Shown here in pieces: positions 57,844 through 64,000 of a stretch of 64,000 bases of DNA. The notes beneath the pieces were generated by a model that saw only the letters and a program-made list of their open reading frames with translations, ran no database searches and had not been told where the DNA came from. The DNA lies in assembly GCA_001774685.1 (NCBI GenBank), contig MFAS01000001.1, positions 159,557 to 223,556 on the forward strand, in the 5' to 3' direction. The stretch comes from Candidatus Collierbacteria bacterium RIFOXYD2_FULL_45_13 (GTDB lineage: Bacteria; Patescibacteriota; Microgenomatia; UBA1400; MFAQ01). A program made the translations under genes and the position numbers. Within the stretch, counting starts at the first letter, position 1. Each line of letters begins with the position of its first letter.

Positions 57844-58434
57844 TTACTTAGCTTTAGCAAGAGATAGATACGATCTTGGGTTCACGGCTCGGCCATTTTT
57901 CAGTACCTCTATGTGGAGGTGGGGTCCGGTAGTTTTACCGGTCAGTCCTACTTCTCCTACGACCATATCGGTGGTGACCTTATCACCCTCTTCTACAAAA
58001 ATCTTTCCCATATGGGCATACCTGGTTTGCATTCCGTTTCCGTGATCAACGACGACGGAACGACCATAATCCCATCTGGTAATACTCATCAAAACGACCA
58101 CACCATCTTTCAGAGGGTGTATCTTGGATCCTAGAGTGGCGGTAATGTCTAGTCCCGGATGACCCAAATGGAACTCTTGAGACACACCCGTGTTTTCAGA
58201 TATGACGGTTACCAGACTTCTCTTGGTTTCAATTACTATTTTTTCATCAAAAGGCTGGATGTTGGCCGAGGCCAATATGGTTTGATCTCCAGGCAACACA
58301 AACATGCCTGAAGCTAAAGTGGTGATCGAAATAACACCGCCCAAGGCGGCTTTAAGACTTCTTTTTTCGAACATCGGCCTGAAAAGCTTGGAGAGGGGAT
58401 GCGACGTTCTTTTTTGAGGTTGGTTTTGTATCAT
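57844..58434 (-). CDS. M23-family metallopeptidase
   Basis: HLGHPGLDITATLGSKIHPLKDGVVV...VVVDHGNGMQTRYAHM...GLTGKTTGPHLHIEV carries the HxxxD and HxH motifs. N-terminal TM/signal anchor. Confidence 0.75.
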   Translation of the reverse strand: MIQNQPQKRTSHPLSKLFRPMFEKRSLKAALGGVISITTLASGMFVLPGDQTILASANIQPFDEKIVIETKRSLVTVISENTGVSQEFHLGHPGLDITATLGSKIHPLKDGVVVLMSITRWDYGRSVVVDHGNGMQTRYAHMGKIFVEEGDKVTTDMVVGEVGLTGKTTGPHLHIEVLKNGRAVNPRSYLSLAKAK

Positions 58435-58569
58435 AGATGCGGGCGAAAGCCCGCGTAAGGCACAAAAAACGCTCGATCACTCAAGCGAAACAGTATCATA
58501 CCATATCAAGCCACCAAAAGTCAAGTTAAACATGATGTCGTCAAGCCCAATTCGTGCCCAAATTTATCA

Positions 58570-59562
58570 GTGGTAAACTCAATCTATATGATTACAGCCA
58601 ACGAACTCTTGGGCAAGAATGTGCTCCTCAGAGCCGATCTTGACGTGCCTATTAAGGACGGCAGGGTGGAGAACACTTTCCGACTTGAGTCTCTTTTACC
58701 CACCCTCAAGCTCTGTCTGGAAAACGCCCGTCGTACCTGTTTGATAGGGCATTTAGGCCGACCTGAAGGCCTGGATCCTGCTTTTAGCCTCGCTCCGGTT
58801 CTAGATGAGTTAAAAAGGTTGACCCATCAAGACATTTTGTTTGTATCTTCGGGTTATTCTCCAGGGGAGTGCTGGAAGGGGGAACTCCCCCTCGCCTTAA
58901 TTGAGAACCTAAGGTTCGACCCTCGTGAAGAAAAAATTGACAGGGGATTCGCCAGTGTTTTGTCCCAAGGTGCCGATATTTATGTTTATGAAGCATTTGC
59001 TTCTTTTAACCCCGCTACCAGCCTCCAAACAGTTCCCGAAGTTCTACCCACAGCCACCGGACTCCAGTTTGATCGGGAGATTACCACTCTAGGTAGGGTG
59101 CTCAGGAGCCCAATCCACCCCACTCTCCTCCTAGCCTCAGGTGCCAAGATGGATAAGCTCGAAATCATCAAACAAATCATGCCCAAGTTCGACCGCAGCC
59201 TCCTTGGTGGCAAATTTGCCTCGCCAAACCACCTGACACCAGACGGACTGGATCTGAACGAAGAGGCCACTTCCCTCTTCAAAAAGGCCATTTCTGAGGC
59301 ACAAACCATCGTGCTCAATGGCCCCTTGGGTTATTATGAGGATGGCGCCCACGCCAAAGCCACCAAAGAGGTCTTCCAGTCCCTTAAAGATAGCTCCGCC
59401 ATGACCATTCTCGGAGGTGGAGATACCATCGCCGCCATCCCCGATCTTGGCTTCAGTTACGCTGACTTTGGCTTCGTCAGCACTGGCGGCGGTGCCATGC
59501 TCGATTTTCTAGCTACCGGCACCCACCCCCTTCTCGAAATCCTCAAAAACCGCACCCCATAA
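58570..59562 (+). CDS. pgk: phosphoglycerate kinase (short form, 330 aa)
   Basis: LLGKNVLLRADLDVPIKDGRV ... ILGGGDTIAAI ... FVSTGGGAMLDFL are PGK motifs. Confidence 0.85.
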   Translation: MVNSIYMITANELLGKNVLLRADLDVPIKDGRVENTFRLESLLPTLKLCLENARRTCLIGHLGRPEGLDPAFSLAPVLDELKRLTHQDILFVSSGYSPGECWKGELPLALIENLRFDPREEKIDRGFASVLSQGADIYVYEAFASFNPATSLQTVPEVLPTATGLQFDREITTLGRVLRSPIHPTLLLASGAKMDKLEIIKQIMPKFDRSLLGGKFASPNHLTPDGLDLNEEATSLFKKAISEAQTIVLNGPLGYYEDGAHAKATKEVFQSLKDSSAMTILGGGDTIAAIPDLGFSYADFGFVSTGGGAMLDFLATGTHPLLEILKNRTP

Positions 59563-59625
59563 CTATCTTTTTTGAACTAATACCTTTAAAATCATCCAAG
59601 TTTAATTTGAAGGAGGCACTTTACA

Positions 59626-59895
59626 ATGTTGCTTTATGGGTTCTTGATTCTTTTAGGTTCGATTGTTCTGCTTGTTCTCGATATAAAACTAATTATGGAG
59701 AATGATAAGACTAACTTATTCTTGAAAATGTTGGGAGGTCTATTCATTCCAGCCATTTTCTGGATCAATGTATTAAATTTCGGTGCCAACTTTCTCCCTA
59801 CACTTTTGTCCATCCCAGGCGTCCAAGCTGTCGGACCCATAATTGGGATTATCTTAGTCATCGGCTACATTTTCCTTAGAATAACTTTAAAATAA
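59626..59895 (+). CDS. small membrane protein (89 aa, 3 TM)
   Basis: Strong SD GAAGGAGG 8 nt upstream of the start. Hydrophobic throughout. Confidence 0.45.
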   Translation: MLLYGFLILLGSIVLLVLDIKLIMENDKTNLFLKMLGGLFIPAIFWINVLNFGANFLPTLLSIPGVQAVGPIIGIILVIGYIFLRITLK

Positions 59896-59908
59896 ACACT
59901 ATCACGCA

Positions 59909-59934
59909 CCTCTCCCAATTCGGGGGAGGTTTTT
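59909..59934 (+). terminator. rho-independent terminator
   Basis: cctctccc-aattc-gggggagg followed by TTTTT. Confidence 0.6.
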
Positions 59935-59986
59935 GTAGCAGTCCCCTCCTTGTGCTACAGTTTAATTAGTTACTATTACTGCCCAT

Positions 59987-61075
59987 ATGACAAATTTTTC
60001 CATCAACGGCTTCGGTCGCATTGGTCGCTCGGCCACCCGCGTCTGGCTCGCCAGTCATCTCGACGAATCAAACCTGGTTGCCATTAACACTTCCGGGTCT
60101 CAGGGAGTTCATGGCTGGGCGTATCTCCTCAAATACGATACTTCCTATGGTCCATTACCTTATGAGATTTCTGCCGAGGAAGTGCAGAAACCAGATCAAG
60201 TTTCTGACGCCAACCCTCTCCTCGGCTACCTAAACATCAAACACCCTCAGAAAGACCTCCGTATTCCTGTTCTCGCCCAAAGAGATCCTTCTCGTATCCC
60301 CTGGGACAAGTATGGCACCGAAATTGTTGTCGAATCTACCGGGGCTTTTACTTCTCTCGAAAAAGCCATTCTTCATATCTGTGGTGGAGTTAAGATGGTC
60401 GTTCTCTCGGCTCCTGCCAAAGGTGCCGGCGTCCCCACTGCCGTCCTGGGTGTCAACGATAAAGAAATATTTCATAAAGATAGAGTCAACGTTATTTCCG
60501 TCATCAGTAACGCTTCGTGTACCACCAACAGTGTCGCTCCGGTCGCGGATATCCTTCACGAAAAACTTGGAATCTTAAAAGCCATGCTGACCACGGTTCA
60601 TGGTTATACCGACGATCAGAATCTTCAGGACAACTCTCACCGCGATCTTCGTCGTTCTCGGGCTGCTGCGATGAATATTGTTCCCACCAGTACCGGAGCC
60701 GCTATTGCCGCTACTCAGGCCATTCCGGAATTAAAAGGACTTTTTGACGGTATTTCTCTTCGTGTTCCAGTCCTTACCGGCTCTATTACCGACTTTACTT
60801 TTATCACTCAACACTCCACTAGCGTTGAAGAAATAAATCAAATTTTTATCGATGCCGCCAGAACTCCACGCTATCGTAGTATCTTGGCCGTGACGGATGA
60901 GCCTATTGTTTCTTCCGATATTATTGGCCGATCAGAATCCAGCATCATCGACTTGGACATGACTCGAGTCGTCGACGGCACGATGGTTAAAGTTCTCGCT
61001 TGGTACGATAACGAGTGGGGTTACGCCAATAGACTGGTGGAAGAAACCATCAAGGTGGGCAAGGCTCTGGAGTAA
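59987..61075 (+). CDS. gap: glyceraldehyde-3-phosphate dehydrogenase
   Basis: INGFGRIGR ... SNASCTTNSVAPV (catalytic Cys) ... WYDNEWGYANR. Confidence 0.9.
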   Translation: MTNFSINGFGRIGRSATRVWLASHLDESNLVAINTSGSQGVHGWAYLLKYDTSYGPLPYEISAEEVQKPDQVSDANPLLGYLNIKHPQKDLRIPVLAQRDPSRIPWDKYGTEIVVESTGAFTSLEKAILHICGGVKMVVLSAPAKGAGVPTAVLGVNDKEIFHKDRVNVISVISNASCTTNSVAPVADILHEKLGILKAMLTTVHGYTDDQNLQDNSHRDLRRSRAAAMNIVPTSTGAAIAATQAIPELKGLFDGISLRVPVLTGSITDFTFITQHSTSVEEINQIFIDAARTPRYRSILAVTDEPIVSSDIIGRSESSIIDLDMTRVVDGTMVKVLAWYDNEWGYANRLVEETIKVGKALE

Positions 61076-61092
61076 ATAGAAACAATTATTTG

Positions 61093-61164
61093 AGGCCGGA
61101 GAGGGAATCGAACCCTCGCATAAGAGTTTTGCAGACTCTCGACTTTCCACTTGTCTATCCGGCC
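61093..61164 (-). tRNA. tRNA-Cys (GCA)
   Basis: - Minus-strand read: GGCCGGA-TA-GAC-AAGTGGAAA-GTC-G-AGAGT-CTGCAAA-ACTCT-TATGC-GAGGG-TTCGATT-CCCTC-TCCGGCC-T.
- 7-bp acceptor stem.
- Anticodon loop CU-GCA-AA.
- T-arm GGTTCGATTCC.
- Discriminator U73, typical of tRNA-Cys.
- CCA not encoded. Confidence 0.8.
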
Positions 61165-61209
61165 AACTGCACGCACTATTCTAACATTTTCTGATAAACT
61201 AAGGATATT

Positions 61210-62091
61210 ATGAGGTCACGTCTTTTACGCACACTGCCCATTTTGTTATTCTCAGTCTTTCTCGCCGGCTGTCAGCTAAATCCCTTTGCCAAGAAGTCCG
61301 GTATCCAAATTACATCACATCCCGATGCCAATGTGGTAATCAACGGCAAATCTGTGAGCAAGACTCCTTTCTACGACGAAAATCTTTCACCTGGTCTGGC
61401 GACTATCCAGATGACCGCGATCGACTCAGGTCAATCTTGGGAAACAAAAGTCAATCTGGTCAGTGGCACCTTGACCACCGTTCACAGGGAATTCGGCACC
61501 ACCCCGGACAAAGCCCATAGCTACACTCTTTCTTTCGAAAAATTATCCAACAACAAAGACTCTTCGGTAAACATTATTAGTCTTCCTGCCAACGCCACCG
61601 TTAGTGTCGATGGAAAACCGGCCGGCTTTACTCCGGTGACCGCCGATATTGCCCCCGGTCCTCACGTTTTTTCTTTCACCGCCCCAGGTTATCAGGACAA
61701 AATAGTTAACGCCGCTGTCCAAACAGGATACCGACTGGTTCTCAACCTCACGATGGCCACCATGGAGATCGTTCCCACCCCTACACCTACACCGATTGCC
61801 ACTCCTTCAGCCACCCCTAAGCCTACCGGCACTACAGTCATTACCCCTCTGCCCAAACAGGCAACTTCTTCCGCAACACCTGTCAAACCCTACGTCGAGA
61901 TCCTCTCTACTCCTACTGGCTGGCTCAAGGTTCGCGAAACGCCTTCCACCAGTGGTACTGAACTAGCCAAAGTTAACCCAGGTGACACCTTTAACTTCAA
62001 AGAGTCGGACACTACCGGCTGGTACTACATCGAATATCTAAAAGGTTCATGGGGCTACGTCTCCTCCCAATACGCCAAGTTGGTCAAATAA
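61210..62091 (+). CDS. lipoprotein with PEGA domains and C-terminal SH3b domain
   Basis: Signal peptide plus lipobox LAGC. PANATVSVDGKPAGFTP is PEGA-like, after an earlier ANVVINGKSVSKTP. A TPTPTP linker follows. C-terminus GWLKVRETPSTSGTELAKVNPGDTF...GWYYIEY is SH3_3. Confidence 0.6.
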   Translation: MRSRLLRTLPILLFSVFLAGCQLNPFAKKSGIQITSHPDANVVINGKSVSKTPFYDENLSPGLATIQMTAIDSGQSWETKVNLVSGTLTTVHREFGTTPDKAHSYTLSFEKLSNNKDSSVNIISLPANATVSVDGKPAGFTPVTADIAPGPHVFSFTAPGYQDKIVNAAVQTGYRLVLNLTMATMEIVPTPTPTPIATPSATPKPTGTTVITPLPKQATSSATPVKPYVEILSTPTGWLKVRETPSTSGTELAKVNPGDTFNFKESDTTGWYYIEYLKGSWGYVSSQYAKLVK

Positions 62092-62124
62092 TCTACAAAA
62101 AAGCCCCGACTTTAGCCTCGGGGC
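62091..62124 (-). terminator. rho-independent terminator, serving the minus-strand lipoprotein gene and possibly bidirectional
   Basis: On the minus strand, gccccga-ggctaaag-tcggggc is followed by TTTTTTGT. Confidence 0.5.
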
Positions 62125-62134
62125 ATTATAAAAG

Positions 62135-63091
62135 TTAAGGGGTAGTTGTCGGCGTTGCCGTGGGAAGCTGGTCAATCGGAATGATCGCTCCTCCAAAGTA
62201 ACACACTTGGTTGGATTCAGAGCATACAAAAGTGCGTTCGCACTCCGCTCGCAACGAAGTACCAATCTCATACTGGGCACAGAACAGGTCTCTGCGGTGA
62301 AGGAAGTCTTGAAACTCCTGATCCTCCAGGACCTGACTTGAGCTTCCGGAGTCCCCCGAGTCGCTTTTCTCCGGTTCAAAGTACCGAACCGCTAAGTCTT
62401 CGAACTTAAACAAGCGGAAGTACTGCCAGTCGGTCATATACTTCGATTTTTCAAGCTTCTCGAGCCAAATCGCCGCCACATCTGGACGTTTCATCTCACC
62501 GCTGATGTACTTTTGCGGATCGATATCTGTTGAATCTCGAAGCGTATCCCGCGAACGGTCATTGAACTTCACCATCAGCTGGGCAGCTCCGCCGACCTCA
62601 TACAGCAAGCGCAGGTTTTCCTGGGAGCTGAAGTCCAATGAGACGTCCAGGGCGTAACTGGCACCGAATTTCTGGTAACCTTTCAGTGTCACGTTACTCA
62701 ACGCTTTTACGCAGTTGAAGTCATTGTAGGTGCCTCCGCAGGCATTAGGGTCAATATCCGACACGATATGGATTTGCTGCCGCGTATAAACGCGGACATA
62801 GTCACTTGGGGTCGGATGATACCCAACGCCTTCATATATACCATATTCTTCGGCATTGACGCGATAGACTCCCACTTCGTCCACGCCGAGCCTTACCGCC
62901 GGTAACTCCTGGCTGGTGAGAGCGTCGTACGTTTCTTCAGCAGATAGCCGCACCGTGCACTTTGAGCTGGCAGGATCGTAATCTTTCGGGCAAATTAACG
63001 TCGAGCCTTTCTCAAATGCCGCTGGTGCACACGCCCCGAGCAGTATCAGTAGTATGGAGGTCAATCCGAACCACACCTTCAGTTTACGCAT
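62135..63091 (-). CDS. putative lipoprotein, unknown function (318 aa)
   Basis: Signal peptide with lipobox LLGAC. Several Cys residues. No known domain. Confidence 0.5.
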   Translation of the reverse strand: MRKLKVWFGLTSILLILLGACAPAAFEKGSTLICPKDYDPASSKCTVRLSAEETYDALTSQELPAVRLGVDEVGVYRVNAEEYGIYEGVGYHPTPSDYVRVYTRQQIHIVSDIDPNACGGTYNDFNCVKALSNVTLKGYQKFGASYALDVSLDFSSQENLRLLYEVGGAAQLMVKFNDRSRDTLRDSTDIDPQKYISGEMKRPDVAAIWLEKLEKSKYMTDWQYFRLFKFEDLAVRYFEPEKSDSGDSGSSSQVLEDQEFQDFLHRRDLFCAQYEIGTSLRAECERTFVCSESNQVCYFGGAIIPIDQLPTATPTTTP

Positions 63092-63201
63092 GACTCTACT
63101 CCTTACAAAATAGATTTTTATCGTGCAGACTTACAGATGGAATCATACTACGAAAGCCCTATAATGTCAATAACTTCATGGACTTACCCACCGAAAATTT
63201 G

Positions 63202-64000
63202 TTAGCCTACGTAATACAGTACCCCAATCACCATCACCGCCCAGCTTACGCCCGTAATCATCAAGGGCTTGTCCGAAAGCAGGATTCTCTCCGGGCTTTC
63301 ACCTTCATTCTTTTCGTAAATCAGCTGTAGATAACGCATAATTCCGTAGACCACAAAGGGAATTGTTATCATCATCCATTTTTCTGAGACAAGGGTTTTG
63401 GGCAAAATCGAGATAATATCAAGCGCTCGGCCATCTGGAACAATTCGGGGATGATTGAAGGAAAACAGCGCGTAGGTAATCCAGGTGCTCGTTGCGAACA
63501 TTGCCGTATAAATATCCAGTAAGTGCTCCGTGTATCTCTTTAGAGTAGCTCTGGTCTCCACCTCCTTATAGTTTAGGAGCAGAGTCATCTCCCCCCTCCT
63601 TTTCCCGACGGCCAGAAACAGTGAAGCCGCTATGACCGTCATCAGGAACCAGACATCCATGTGAGCAGATATAGTAAAGGCTCCGGCATAGACTCGAATA
63701 AGATACCCGGAGGCAATCACAATGACATCGACAATTGGCACTTTTTTTAGATATTGAGAATAGGCCACCTGGACCAGTAAGTAAGTAACACCACTCAGGA
63801 AGAGATAGTAGTTTATGGCATATGCCCAGGTGAGACCTGTCACCACACCCAAAATCAAGACGAATACCGCGATAGACAAGGGTAAATCCCCGTTAGCGAT
63901 CGGTCTGAATTTTTTGTACGGGTGTTTCCGGTCCGCTTCTACATCAATTAAGTCGTTAAAGATGTAAGTAACACTACTAAAAATCGTAAATATAATAAAT
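63202..64000 (-). CDS. UbiA-family prenyltransferase (decaprenyl-phosphate phosphoribosyltransferase-like), 5' end beyond window
   Basis: Extending the frame upstream of the annotated TTG start gives NDLIDVEADRKHPYKKFRPIANGDL, the UbiA/DPPR-synthase Asp-rich motif NDxxDxxxDRxHPxKxxRPIAxG. Multiple TM helices downstream. Confidence 0.6.
   Translation of the reverse strand, partial: FIIFTIFSSVTYIFNDLIDVEADRKHPYKKFRPIANGDLPLSIAVFVLILGVVTGLTWAYAINYYLFLSGVTYLLVQVAYSQYLKKVPIVDVIVIASGYLIRVYAGAFTISAHMDVWFLMTVIAASLFLAVGKRRGEMTLLLNYKEVETRATLKRYTEHLLDIYTAMFATSTWITYALFSFNHPRIVPDGRALDIISILPKTLVSEKWMMITIPFVVYGIMRYLQLIYEKNEGESPERILLSDKPLMITGVSWAVMVIGVLYYVG

Overview
This 64 kb window reads as chromosomal DNA from a small-genome, CPR/Patescibacteria-like bacterium. 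That attribution is inference from short PGK and ValS proteins, a DUF4012 protein, a Bro-N protein, and the absence of Shine-Dalgarno sequences before most starts. It is compact and almost entirely coding.

Housekeeping content:
- smpB is followed by a tmRNA gene (ssrA).
- uppS and a polyprenyl synthase.
- The dnaA-dnaN pair with a DnaA-box-rich oriC between them.
- The rpmH-rnpA-yidD-yidC-jag cluster, interrupted by an inserted Bro-N gene.
- rnhA, rplY, valS preceded by a T-box leader, tsaD, groES-groEL behind a degenerate CIRCE operator, pgk, gap, and tRNA-Cys.

The most interesting content is a large envelope, type IV secretion-like locus at about 5.7-28.7 kb, immediately beside oriC:
- Nine VirB2/TrbC-like two-helix pilin paralogs, six of them in a tight tandem array.
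- A 1002-aa Cys-rich secreted protein.
- A polytopic VirB6/TrbL-like membrane protein.
- Two large uncharacterised cytoplasmic proteins on the opposite strand.
- A PrgI/VirB3-like protein.
- A VirB4 ATPase that appears split into an N-terminal-domain ORF and an ATPase ORF.
- A membrane-anchored M23 peptidase, a candidate VirB1 analogue.
- A VirD4/TrwB-like coupling-type ATPase about 23 kb away, with a Nudix-like C-terminal module.

Several of these genes start directly after a near-identical 12-mer, TATACTTAAYTC, which implies leaderless transcripts. Two small dispersed repeat families are also visible: a structured repeat of about 45 nt and a TTGAGTTYT tandem heptamer/nonamer family. One structured-repeat copy sits in-frame inside rnpA.

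No CRISPR array, rRNA gene or transposase was seen.
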